Assembly: GCA_013285995.1 (NCBI GenBank)
Contig: JABDGN010000001.1
Span: forward strand, 1,051 to 65,050
Length of the DNA: 64,000 bases
Reading direction: 5' to 3'
Origin: Gammaproteobacteria bacterium
GTDB lineage: Bacteria; Pseudomonadota; Gammaproteobacteria; JABDGN01
A model generated the notes under the pieces. It saw nothing but the letters and a program-made list of their open reading frames with translations. It had not been told where the DNA came from and searched no databases. The position numbers and the translations under genes were made by a program. Shown here one piece after another: positions 1 through 8,346 of this stretch (the first letter of the stretch is position 1; every line of letters begins with the position of its first letter).

Positions 1-2
1 GC

Positions 3-227
3 GGCGCAGCCGTTGTTCCAGGATTTTATTATCGACATCTTGCAACCAAACAATATAGTTTAAATTTTTTCCCAGCCTTAGAAAATTTTCCCAGCGAAGA
101 TGATGTGCAAGATGCCACGCGGGTGAATCAAATTATCGAACAAGCGATTTTAAAAGCGCCAACACAATATATGTGGCAGCATCGACGTTTTAAAACGCGG
201 CCTGAAGGTGTGCCGTATCCGTATTAA
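3..227 (+). CDS. lipid A late acyltransferase (LpxL/HtrB type), 3' fragment; start lies upstream of window
   Basis: Frame 3 is open from the window edge to TAA 225-227 and ends ...LKAPTQYMWQHRRFKTRPEGVPYPY. The Y(M/L)WxHRRFKTRP tail is typical of lauroyl/myristoyl lipid A acyltransferases. It is absent from the ORF track because it has no start in the window. Confidence 0.6.
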   Translation, partial: GAAVVPGFYYRHLATKQYSLNFFPALENFPSEDDVQDATRVNQIIEQAILKAPTQYMWQHRRFKTRPEGVPYPY

Positions 228-239
228 TTAGGTATTTCT

Positions 240-1838
240 TCATTTGGAAAATGAAGAAATGTTGTGGTAGAGAGAGCTGTCTTTTTTCCAAAGAGTGTAC
301 TCCTCTGAAGATAAAGGGATGAGTCGATAATCTGCTGGCGATGAAGTATCAATTTTCTTCTGCAAATAAAACAATTGACCCGCTTGAGGGGTTAACACGA
401 TACGATGATATCGATAAAAATACGCATATAAATTCCAATTGTTTGCCAAGCTCGGCGCAATTGAAACCGTACTGTTATCCGGCACAACTTTACTCACTTC
501 GGTTACTTCCACTAACACTGGCCATGGTTTGCCATAATAATGCGTTGTTACAGCAATCGCGATACAGAAAAACAAAATTGCTGCTAACAAACTTTGTTTA
601 TAAGTACGACTTGCAATCTTAATTTGTACAGTCCATTGTGAAAAAATCGGTGTTAGAATTTCTAAAAATAATAATATTACGAAGGGAAAAGCTTGTAAAA
701 AATAATGCGCCATTTGGCGCGAGCTAGCGAGTATTGGTAGAGAAGCTACTAACACAATCAAACCAAAAAAAATTACCTTTTTCTCTTGTGCCGCATTTTT
801 CACCAATGACAGAAATGATTGCCGTGAAAATTTGGCTTTGATAAATAAAATGATCCCCGTAAAGAAAATCAAGGGTAAAGCATTGCCAATGATCAGCAAC
901 AAACCAAATAAATGGCCAATGCCTTTAAAATCACCATTGCCACCGCGGGTACCATTGAGAGTTGCCCACACTTGGTTGTTCCAGTAATGATGGGTGAAAT
1001 CCCAAGCCGGGTGATATAAAAAAATGGCGCCAATCAGCAGCGCAGTAAAAATAATCAGTACTAAAACTTGCCCACACATCAATTGCCAGGATGTGTTTCG
1101 AAATACTAACCAATAACAAAAAGGAATAATCAGTGGGAAAAAAGCCTGTAAGCCATTGCTAAAAAAGGCGCCGGTTACACACACAGCCGCTAAAAAAAAC
1201 CAAACAAGAGATTTTCCTCTATGTCCAGTCGCGAGCGCTTGTAACACAAACAGGCTGCCAAACGTCGTGAATACCGTTAACAAATCTTCAATTGCATTGG
1301 CAGGATACGTGCGCGTGGTTAAAGGCTCCATCACCCAACATAAGATCGGCAACCATAATAAAACAGGAGCCGCCTTTGCTTGGGTTTTATACCAAATCAA
1401 CAGCATGGCCCAAAAACTTAAAATCAAGGTAAATAAACAATACAGCCTATCAACGATAAAATGATCGCCAAACACGCGGAAAAACCAGGAGTTTACAAAC
1501 ATCCCCAACGGCGGATGTTCATAGAAGGTCGACAAAACACCGCCTGGCAAATATACCGGCGCCCACAGCGATCCAATATCATGCGCCATATTCCAAGCGA
1601 CAGAAGCATACAAAACGCCATCACCGCCCATGCTTTGTTGCAGTAAAATATTTAACTGCACAATGATAAAAAGCGCGATAGCAAATAAAAAAAAAGGCAG
1701 GTTCTTTAGCACCGGTCGGCTTGTAGGGGCGGGACTTGATCCGCCCGCATCAAGCGAAGCAAGCAAGCCGACAGCCGTTGTCGGCTTGTTCATTTCGCCT
1801 GACGGCGAAATTCCGGAAGCCGACCTACTCTTCGTCAT
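240..1838 (-). CDS. polytopic membrane glycosyltransferase, GT-C fold (GT39/GT83, ArnT/PMT-like)
   Basis: 532-aa ORF with many hydrophobic helices. The first periplasmic loop GDGVLYASVAWNM resembles the D/E-x-x-YA motif of ArnT/PMT-type enzymes, and the gene sits in an LPS glycosyltransferase cluster. The first ~42 codons are read out of palindromic repeat 1714-1829, so the true start is probably internal (in-frame GTG at 1712). Confidence 0.6.
   Translation of the reverse strand: MTKSRSASGISPSGEMNKPTTAVGLLASLDAGGSSPAPTSRPVLKNLPFFLFAIALFIIVQLNILLQQSMGGDGVLYASVAWNMAHDIGSLWAPVYLPGGVLSTFYEHPPLGMFVNSWFFRVFGDHFIVDRLYCLFTLILSFWAMLLIWYKTQAKAAPVLLWLPILCWVMEPLTTRTYPANAIEDLLTVFTTFGSLFVLQALATGHRGKSLVWFFLAAVCVTGAFFSNGLQAFFPLIIPFCYWLVFRNTSWQLMCGQVLVLIIFTALLIGAIFLYHPAWDFTHHYWNNQVWATLNGTRGGNGDFKGIGHLFGLLLIIGNALPLIFFTGIILFIKAKFSRQSFLSLVKNAAQEKKVIFFGLIVLVASLPILASSRQMAHYFLQAFPFVILLFLEILTPIFSQWTVQIKIASRTYKQSLLAAILFFCIAIAVTTHYYGKPWPVLVEVTEVSKVVPDNSTVSIAPSLANNWNLYAYFYRYHRIVLTPQAGQLFYLQKKIDTSSPADYRLIPLSSEEYTLWKKDSSLYHNISSFSK
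1714..1829. repeat. REP-B family nested palindromic element (core GTCGGCTT / AAGCCGAC, outer ...AAGCCGACCTAC)
   Basis: GGTCGGCTTGTAGGGGCGGGAC...AAGCCGACAGCCGTTGTCGGCTT...GGAAGCCGACCTACT. It shares cores with the elements at 5829, 26632, 27717 and 42349. Confidence 0.75.
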
Positions 1839-2194
1839 CCCGCCCGTCCATAATCATCCTGCAAGCGCACAATATCTTCTTCCCGCAAATCATCGCCGAC
1901 CTGCACTTCGACAATTTCAACGACTTCGTCTGTTTTGTTGGCCATGCGGTGCTTTGCTTCTAATGGAATATAAATACTTTGATCGCGTTTTAAATCAAAG
2001 GTTTCATCGCCACGCGTTACGGTCACCACGCCTTTCACCACCGTCCAATGTTCCGCACGATGATGATGTAATTGCAAAGATAACTTTTGCCCTGGATTTA
2101 CCGTGATTTTTTTCACCAGAAAATGTTTTTCTTGATGAATAGTTTGATAAGTACCCCAGGGACGAGTAACTATTTCAAAATTTGTTTCATTCAT
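1835..2194 (-). CDS. stand-alone cupin, mannose-6-phosphate isomerase type II C-terminal domain-like
   Basis: RPWGTYQTI...KKITVNPGQKLSLQLHHHRAEHWTVVKG...IYIP..AKHRMAN is the ManC/PMI cupin signature. The likely start is MNETNF at 2194, giving an ATGA overlap with the upstream gene's stop at 2191-2193. The ORF-track start at 2269 is an extension. Confidence 0.75.
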   Translation of the reverse strand: MNETNFEIVTRPWGTYQTIHQEKHFLVKKITVNPGQKLSLQLHHHRAEHWTVVKGVVTVTRGDETFDLKRDQSIYIPLEAKHRMANKTDEVVEIVEVQVGDDLREEDIVRLQDDYGRAG

Positions 2195-3285
2195 GTTGAC
2201 TCCAATATTTTTAGTGTATGTTTGGGATGATGCCGCTCCCACAAAATTTCGGCGGCTTGGCGAGCACACACCTGATAAGCGGCATAATTTTGATAAATTG
2301 TTTCTATCGCCTGGTAAACATTTTCCATTGCTAAATTTTCTAAGGCAATACCAGCATTAAATTCACACGCCACTTCTCCCATCCAGGTATTCGTCACGGT
2401 GATAATTGGTGCGCCGGCTAATAAAGCATCCAAGGTGGCACCGCTAAATTTATCGGCATAAGCTTTTGCATCATATAAAAACAAGCAAATTGTATCATTA
2501 AACTGCTGCTGATAAGCTTTTTGATCTAAAGTTTCAGCGCAAATGTTTAAGTGTTCATAATGAAGCGTTGTTAATTTTGTTAAAGCGTTTTGGGTTTGCA
2601 CATCGACTCGTCCGGAATGAGAAGAAGAAATCTGCAACCGTACCGGAATAGTTTTATTATTTTTCTCAAGCCACTCTAGTAATTCAACCACGGTTGGAAA
2701 ACCTTTATCAGCCCGTGCAGCACCGGCGTAGAGAAGGGTTGGTTCAGAGGCTGGCGCAGTAAAATCTGTGGTGTCGGGACGGGGCACGGGGCAAGGTAAA
2801 ACTACCACATGCTTAAAGCCTGCGCTGGTGAAAATAGTCGCCAATTGGTGAGTAGTCGTCATGATGACCAACTGTTGGCTAGTTGGCAAATTAGCTAGCT
2901 CTTGCAATAAAGCTTGTTTTTTAGCGCTTACAGTAAACTGATGAAAATGTAAAAAAATCTTATGCGGGTAGGAAACATTTTTCAATAAATTCATCAGCAT
3001 TACTAAATCAAGCCGGCCTGCGGTCGGCACAAAAATTTTAGCTTGTTGTTTGATCAATTTGCGATACAAAAAATATAGTTGCAGCTTGCGAAATTTATAA
3101 ATAAAATGCGCTTTGATTTGATTGTGTTTATTTTTAAATGTTAAATTTTCAGCACCCTTCCCGGCCCAGATAATAAATTGCAAATGGTGTTGTTCTGCAT
3201 ATTGCGTCACCACATCATCATAACCAAAACAATGGCCAGTTTGATCGCGCAAAGTAGGCTCAATTAAGTGAATTGTTTCAGACAT
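2191..3285 (-). CDS. glycosyltransferase, GT-B fold (GT1/GT4-like)
   Basis: 364-aa ORF. The C-terminal half shows a GT4-like pattern (LLYAGAARADKGF...; GATLDALLAGAPIITV). It overlaps both neighbours by 4 and 8 nt, consistent with an operon. Confidence 0.6.
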   Translation of the reverse strand: MSETIHLIEPTLRDQTGHCFGYDDVVTQYAEQHHLQFIIWAGKGAENLTFKNKHNQIKAHFIYKFRKLQLYFLYRKLIKQQAKIFVPTAGRLDLVMLMNLLKNVSYPHKIFLHFHQFTVSAKKQALLQELANLPTSQQLVIMTTTHQLATIFTSAGFKHVVVLPCPVPRPDTTDFTAPASEPTLLYAGAARADKGFPTVVELLEWLEKNNKTIPVRLQISSSHSGRVDVQTQNALTKLTTLHYEHLNICAETLDQKAYQQQFNDTICLFLYDAKAYADKFSGATLDALLAGAPIITVTNTWMGEVACEFNAGIALENLAMENVYQAIETIYQNYAAYQVCARQAAEILWERHHPKHTLKILEST

Positions 3286-4039
3286 TATTTTTCTGCTTCG
3301 CCTCCCATAAATAAATTAATTTGGCATAACAGAAAAAAGTACCTAAAGCATTGGAAGTGGCTAATAAAAAACCGGCGCGTCCATCTAAGAATCCTAATTT
3401 AATAAAATAACTTCTAAAAAAAGCCCAGCCACCACGCACCAGCGCAATCCCTAAATTACTTTTGCGCCCTTTTTGAAAACGCATATTAGCGCCATAGGTA
3501 GAATAGAAATTAACTTTATCAAGCACTTGCGTGAGATTAGCAAATGAAAAATGCCACATCACTTGCTTTAGGCTTCCCACTTCACTTTTCACTACAACTT
3601 TTTCATGCACGATATCATCGCTAAAGCGGCCCACGGTTTTCTTAAACAAACGCAGAGGTTTATCAGATTGCCAGCCGCTGTAGCGAATGACTTTGCCACA
3701 ATATGTTGACAATCGTTTGATGGTGTAGGCTGCGTATTTAGGATCGGCAATCGTGGCTTGAATTTCATCACGCAAAGCGGGCGGAATTTCTTCATCCGCA
3801 TCAATCGATAAAATCCATTCGCCTGTGGCTTTCTCTAAAGCCCGGTTTTTTTGTGGTCCAAAACCGGGCCAATCGGTAATAAATATTTTATCAGTATATT
3901 CACGACAAATTGCGACGGTGTCATCGGTGCTGCCAGAATCTAACACAATAATTTCATTGGCCCATTTAACCGATTCTAAACAACGCCGCACATTGTGCGC
4001 TTCGTTTTTAGTGATGAGAGTGATACTTAAGCTTGGCAT
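3278..4039 (-). CDS. family 2 glycosyltransferase (LPS core type, KdtX/WaaE-like)
   Basis: ITLITKNEAHNVRRCLESV...IIVLDSGSTDDT...SIDADEE (GT-A fold with DxD-type motif); the length and C-terminal membrane-associated tail are typical. Confidence 0.8.
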   Translation of the reverse strand: MPSLSITLITKNEAHNVRRCLESVKWANEIIVLDSGSTDDTVAICREYTDKIFITDWPGFGPQKNRALEKATGEWILSIDADEEIPPALRDEIQATIADPKYAAYTIKRLSTYCGKVIRYSGWQSDKPLRLFKKTVGRFSDDIVHEKVVVKSEVGSLKQVMWHFSFANLTQVLDKVNFYSTYGANMRFQKGRKSNLGIALVRGGWAFFRSYFIKLGFLDGRAGFLLATSNALGTFFCYAKLIYLWEAKQKNNV

Positions 4040-4077
4040 CCAGGTATTGTAGCAAGTACTTGCTTTCTTGTCATTTT

Positions 4078-4102
4078 TTGACTAAACTTGACTAAGTTAG
4101 TC
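4078..4102 (+). promoter_or_regulatory. candidate promoter/operator of the vapBC-type pair
   Basis: Tandem TTGACT hexamers at 4078-4083 and 4088-4093 overlap a 13-bp palindrome GACTAAGTTAGTC (4090-4102), 28 nt upstream of the ATG at 4130. The RBS AGGAGG is just before the start. Confidence 0.3.
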
Positions 4103-4129
4103 TAAAACTGATGGGCATAGGAGGAATGT

Positions 4130-4375
4130 ATGGCTGTTCGTATTGCAAATATCTATGAAACCAAAACTCACTTATCTCAATTTGTGGAGGATGTTTCGCA
4201 TGGAGATGAAATTATTATCGCCAAAGCTAATAAACCTATTGCTAAAATAGTCGCTTATAAAAATGAGCTGCCGAAGATAAAACTTGGCTTGCTAAAAGGG
4301 AAAATTAAATTTAGTGAGGATTTTGATACTCTACCTGATGAAGTAACGCAAGCATTTAATGGGGAAGCGGCATGA
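4130..4375 (+). CDS. Phd/YefM-family antitoxin (VapB-type partner)
   Basis: 81 aa, N-terminus ...ANIYETKTHLSQFVEDVSHGDEIIIAKANKPIAKIV is typical of Phd/YefM antitoxins. There is a 4-nt overlap with the downstream PIN gene. Confidence 0.8.
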   Translation: MAVRIANIYETKTHLSQFVEDVSHGDEIIIAKANKPIAKIVAYKNELPKIKLGLLKGKIKFSEDFDTLPDEVTQAFNGEAA

Positions 4376-4749
4376 ATATTATCGTCGATACCCGTATTCT
4401 GCTTTGGATTTTAAATGAACCTGATAAATTATCAGCTGCTGCAAAGAGAGTGTTGCTTGAAGGTTCTCCACTCGTGTTTGTCAGCGCGGCAACGATATGG
4501 GAATTAGCCATCAAAGAAGCAGCCGGCAAAATGAAATTATCTTATGATATTGCGGACATTGTCATTAAATCTGGATTCCAGAATTTAGATATTACTGCTG
4601 CTCATGCCAAGCTTGCCGGAAAATTACCTAAACATCATCATGACCCATTTGATCGTATGTTGGTAGCGCAAGCTATTTGTGAAGATTTTCATCTCATGAC
4701 TCATGATGCTACCCTGAAAAAATACAAAGCTAAAATTTTATTTGTTTAA
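4372..4749 (+). CDS. vapC: PIN-domain toxin (VapC family)
   Basis: 125 aa with acidic PIN residues in the expected places (IVDT..., WELAIK, HDPFDRMLVAQA, THD). It is translationally coupled to the antitoxin. Confidence 0.85.
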   Translation: MNIIVDTRILLWILNEPDKLSAAAKRVLLEGSPLVFVSAATIWELAIKEAAGKMKLSYDIADIVIKSGFQNLDITAAHAKLAGKLPKHHHDPFDRMLVAQAICEDFHLMTHDATLKKYKAKILFV

Positions 4750-4767
4750 CCTAGAAAATGCAGTTGA

Positions 4768-5814
4768 GTGCGATTTATAATTATGAATCTCAAAAATAAA
4801 CGTATTATCATCAACAAAATCAACCAAATTGGTGATGTCACTTTTAGCCTACCACTTGCTAGTGCTTTAAAACAATTGGAACCCAGTTGCAAAATTATTT
4901 TTCTAGCGCGGGAGTATACTCGGGCATTAGTCGAAAATTATGCCGATGTGGATGAATTTGCTGATTGGGAAGCCATGAGTAAAAATGGCTTAGAAGCTGC
5001 CACAGCAGGCTTACGTGCTTTGCAAGCCGACATCATTATTCATGTGACATCGCCCAGCAAATATTATCGTGCTACCTATATCGCGGCCAAAAAGGCGGGC
5101 ATTCCGCTCCGCATCGGTACCGCTAGAAAATTTCACAGTTGGTTGACCTGTAATCGTTTCGTCAATATTTCACGTAGCAAATCATCCCTGCACGAAACGC
5201 AATTGGATATGCTATTTTTAAAACCTTTGGGCGGTAAAAAACATTATTCCTTGGATGAAGTTATTGCACTCCAACATTACAAACCCTTCAAAAAGACTGC
5301 TGAGTGTTTACAATTATTGGATCCGCAAAAATTTAATTTGATTTTGCACCCAAAAACCCGTGGCGAACATATTGAATGGCCGGCAAAAAATTTTGCGACC
5401 TTGATTCAATCATTACCAACTGAACACTTTAATATTTTTGTCACGGGGAATACGAAAGAAGGCGAACAAGTGCGCGAAGCGATGTTAGAACCTTTTCCGC
5501 AGGTACACGATTTATGCGGCAAAATCAGTTTAAATGATTTGATTGAATTGATTGCCCATGCCGATGGCATGGTGTGTGCGTCCACTGGCCCTGTCCATTT
5601 AGCGGCTAATTTTGGTATTTATACGCTGGGATTATACGCGCCGATTAAACCTTTTCATGCGGGGCGCTGGGGACCGGTCGGTCCGAAAGCCGAAACTTTA
5701 ACGCTCCAGAAGAATTGTGAAGCGTGTCGTTATAGTGCGCCCTGCCATTGCATCGCCGCGATTACGCCACACCAGGTGTTGGCGGTACTCCAAAGATGGC
5801 AAAAACAAAAATAG
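4768..5814 (+). CDS. family 9 glycosyltransferase (LPS heptosyltransferase-like)
   Basis: N-terminal INKINQIGDVTFSLPLASALKQ and central LHPKTRGEHIEWPAKNFATLIQSL...GLYAP match the GT9 pattern. An alternative start is ATG 4783. Confidence 0.8.
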   Translation: MRFIIMNLKNKRIIINKINQIGDVTFSLPLASALKQLEPSCKIIFLAREYTRALVENYADVDEFADWEAMSKNGLEAATAGLRALQADIIIHVTSPSKYYRATYIAAKKAGIPLRIGTARKFHSWLTCNRFVNISRSKSSLHETQLDMLFLKPLGGKKHYSLDEVIALQHYKPFKKTAECLQLLDPQKFNLILHPKTRGEHIEWPAKNFATLIQSLPTEHFNIFVTGNTKEGEQVREAMLEPFPQVHDLCGKISLNDLIELIAHADGMVCASTGPVHLAANFGIYTLGLYAPIKPFHAGRWGPVGPKAETLTLQKNCEACRYSAPCHCIAAITPHQVLAVLQRWQKQK

Positions 5815-5828
5815 CTGATATCTATTAA

Positions 5829-5865
5829 TGTAGGTCGGCTTACGGCGCGCAGCGCCAAGCCGACA
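5829..5865. repeat. REP-B family short palindrome
   Basis: TGTAGGTCGGCTTACGGCGCGCAGCGCCAAGCCGACA, 15 nt after the GT9 stop; it may also act as a terminator hairpin. Confidence 0.7.
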
Positions 5866-6020
5866 AATTAAAATCAACTATTTTAGCTAACAATGTATCC
5901 GTTTTTTCGCAAAATGAAGAACAACGCGTAAAAAATTATACTGTATTATTGTAACACCTTATCTCGCATACGGAGTTTTCAGAAACTAAAAACAACGTTA
6001 AATTGGCGTGCGGGTATTAT

Positions 6021-6266
6021 TCATTCACCATATAAATACGCTGCTAATTCTTCAGCTAAATTTTTAGCTTGCTCAACAAAAATAAATAATGATTCAAAAT
6101 AATTGCAGATAATATCGTGCTCCACATCGCTAAAATCAGCCACCGTACCTATCTCAAGCAAAGCGCAAGCATTACTCAGGTTTACTTTTAAATCCTCGCT
6201 TTTAATACGAATGTTTGTCAGTTGTTCGGAAGGTTCAATATTTATTGCCATGCTTGTCTTGCTCAT
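6021..6266 (-). CDS. small helical protein, member of a 3-copy family in this window (reminiscent of DUF3077)
   Basis: EDLKVNLSNACALLEIGTVADFSD...FVEQAKNLAEELAAYLY aligns with 61888-62142 (EALKSDLTNTCALLDLGTLSDFSH...IVERAKQVADELHEKLY). It is divergent from an XRE regulator. Confidence 0.5.
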   Translation of the reverse strand: MSKTSMAINIEPSEQLTNIRIKSEDLKVNLSNACALLEIGTVADFSDVEHDIICNYFESLFIFVEQAKNLAEELAAYLYGE

Positions 6267-6388
6267 CAGCTTATCCCCCTATCTAAATCCGGTTAAAATC
6301 AAAACAGCACCCTATCTTACTCCGTTCCAACAAAAAATGCCACTTATTAGGCGTGGCCTTATAAAGGGTATTAAGGTTTACTTAAACT

Positions 6389-6646
6389 ATGGTCAAAAAG
6401 CCAATCAAAAAACATCCAAACCTCGTCAAGTTGGGCAAAAGGATCCGTGAGCTGCGTAAAGAACAGGGTTTTTCGCAAGAGAATTTTGCTGCAACTGCGG
6501 AATTGGCGCGAACTTATATGGGAAGGGTAGAGCGTGGCGAGCAAAATATATCTATCCAGAATTTAATCCAAATTGCCTTAACACTGAAAGTCGAAGTGGC
6601 TGATTTAGTACCGCGCTTGAAAGAACTAAAAATGCCGCAAAGTTAA
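6389..6646 (+). CDS. XRE-family helix-turn-helix transcriptional regulator
   Basis: LGKRIRELRKEQGFSQENFAATAELARTYMGRVERGEQNISIQNLIQIA is a canonical Cro/C1-type HTH. Confidence 0.85.
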   Translation: MVKKPIKKHPNLVKLGKRIRELRKEQGFSQENFAATAELARTYMGRVERGEQNISIQNLIQIALTLKVEVADLVPRLKELKMPQS

Positions 6647-6715
6647 AGCTTTATTGTCTTTGAAATTTAACATACCCCGCCATTCTATTTTATGTTATAT
6701 TTTTTAACATTTATA

Positions 6716-6743
6716 TTGACAAAATATAAAACAAATGTATAAT
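6716..6743 (+). promoter_or_regulatory. near-consensus sigma70 promoter for the 6776-8695 cassette
   Basis: TTGACA (6716-6721), a 16-nt spacer, then TATAAT (6738-6743), 33 nt upstream of ATG 6776. It is preceded by the inverted repeat ATGTTA...TAACAT (6692-6710), a possible operator. Confidence 0.5.
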
Positions 6744-6775
6744 CAAATAGAAATGAGTTTAAAAGGTAAAACCCT

Positions 6776-7567
6776 ATGTTAACAACAATAGCAGAAAAAA
6801 TGGCGGCATTCGATAAGCGTTTTGACATTCGAGATGAAGCTTCTCATGCACAAGAATTTGAAAAATTCCGGCAGCGTATTCTGACCAGCTTTTCATCTAT
6901 TGATCAGATAGCCGACTCCTATTCATTTCAACTACTCGAAGCAATACCACACGGCAATTCGTGTCCAATATATTCAATGTTATGTGCCACAACAGATGAA
7001 AAACTTTTTTATCGACTAATTCAAACCATATTTCACTTGGAATTCCCTTATCCTGGTAGTAAATTAAGACTATATAAGCAGGTCGAAGAAATTGTGAATA
7101 TATCAAAAATCAATTTATCGATTATTCAAATAAACAATGAAATTGTTCTTTTCCCTCGAGGAGAAAAACTACTCGATGAAAAATTGGTAAATCATCCTTT
7201 GCGCTTTTTAAATGATAAAGCTAGTATCCACTTCCAGGAGGCGCTAGAACTTTATGAAGTTAATGAGCCAAGAAACGCTATTTTGTCCGCTACAAAACTA
7301 AGACGAACTCTTGAAGAGTTTTTATGTTTTAAATTACAAAATCAAAAGAATCTAGAAAATAACATTCCCGAGCTAACAGAACGATTAAAATCTGATGGGC
7401 GCGACTCGCGAACGAGAAATATTATTTTTCAAGTATTTAACTATATGGAAAAATATTTTAATAATAATGAAAAACATAGCGACGGAAACATTGACTCTAT
7501 AGAAAACGAGTTTCTTGTTTATCAAGTTGGGTTATTAACCCGATATATTGACCGTATTATAAATTAA
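6776..7567 (+). CDS. hypothetical protein (263 aa); C-terminal half weakly HEPN/DUF4145-like
   Basis: Long AT-rich ORF ending 2 nt before the next gene. I recognise no family with confidence. The helical C-terminal part (FQEALELYE...KLRRTLEEFL...NNNEKH) resembles the DUF4145/HEPN layout. Confidence 0.55.
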   Translation: MLTTIAEKMAAFDKRFDIRDEASHAQEFEKFRQRILTSFSSIDQIADSYSFQLLEAIPHGNSCPIYSMLCATTDEKLFYRLIQTIFHLEFPYPGSKLRLYKQVEEIVNISKINLSIIQINNEIVLFPRGEKLLDEKLVNHPLRFLNDKASIHFQEALELYEVNEPRNAILSATKLRRTLEEFLCFKLQNQKNLENNIPELTERLKSDGRDSRTRNIIFQVFNYMEKYFNNNEKHSDGNIDSIENEFLVYQVGLLTRYIDRIIN

Positions 7568-7569
7568 TC

Positions 7570-8346
7570 ATGAATACTTTCCTTCACCAACTACGCAAAA
7601 AACATCCTCGTTCACAAGGAGATTTAGCTACCCTTATCGGTGTATCACGGCAAACTTTTTCTTTAATTGAAAAGGGCGCAACGGAATTGACTATTTCTCA
7701 AGCACGCAAGTTAGCCCATGAATTCAATTTAAGTCTGGAAGATTATTTAGCAGAGCGCGATGTCCCGCCCCATGAAGTTACTCTCGAGCGGGAAAAGAAA
7801 TCCTCATCAGCACAAACTACTTTACGAGTTTCTGTACCACAAAAAAATGTTAAAAAGTTTAAGGAAGTATTACTTTATCTTACGGAAAAAATTGGCGCTA
7901 AACCGAACGTAGGCGAAGCTGTGATTTGCAAATTACTTTATTTTATTGATTTTGATTATTATGAAAAATATGAAGAACAATTAACCGGCTCCGTTTACAT
8001 TAAAAATCACCATGGTCCGACTCCTATTGCTTTACCAAAAATTGTTGAACAAATGGAAGAAAATAAAGAATTGGTAAGAATAGCTGAAAAATATTTTCAA
8101 TATCAACAAAAAAAATATCTCCCACTACGGAAACCTGATTTAAGTCTTTTATCAGCACGGGAAATTGAGCATATCGATTGGGTATTGGCGCGTCTTTCTG
8201 ACAAGAATGCTAAAGAATTAGAAGATTATTCGCATCGCGATGTGCCGTGGCTAAGCGCTGAAAACCAACAACCTATTGATTATGAGTCTGTGTTTTATCG
8301 CACTACTGAATTTTCGGTAAGAGAATATGACGAAGCTAGCTTATGA
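7570..8346 (+). CDS. HTH (XRE) + Panacea/DUF4065 (SocA-like) domain antitoxin candidate
   Basis: The N-terminus SQGDLATLIGVSRQTFSLIEKGATELTISQARKLA is an HTH. The C-terminal domain KLLYFIDFDYYEKYEEQLTGSVYIKNHHGPTP...DWV matches the DUF4065/Panacea pattern. It overlaps the downstream toxin-like gene by 20 nt. Confidence 0.7.
   Translation: MNTFLHQLRKKHPRSQGDLATLIGVSRQTFSLIEKGATELTISQARKLAHEFNLSLEDYLAERDVPPHEVTLEREKKSSSAQTTLRVSVPQKNVKKFKEVLLYLTEKIGAKPNVGEAVICKLLYFIDFDYYEKYEEQLTGSVYIKNHHGPTPIALPKIVEQMEENKELVRIAEKYFQYQQKKYLPLRKPDLSLLSAREIEHIDWVLARLSDKNAKELEDYSHRDVPWLSAENQQPIDYESVFYRTTEFSVREYDEASL

Noticed and set aside
1712-1838. N-terminal extensions of several ORF-track entries (240-1838, 1835-2269, 20697, 23960-24382, 24607-25719, 25632-26675, 26695-27765, 36895-37500, 54048-54653, 62152-62520)
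   Set aside because: The extra codons are translated from palindromic repeats or MITE ends, or they precede a much better start with an RBS, a signal peptide or a conserved N-terminus. The feature coordinates were trimmed accordingly.
6103-6450. 115-aa ORF on the plus strand
   Set aside because: It is antisense to the conserved small paralogue at 6021-6266 and runs into the XRE gene start. Its hydrophobic product is an AT-rich translation artefact.
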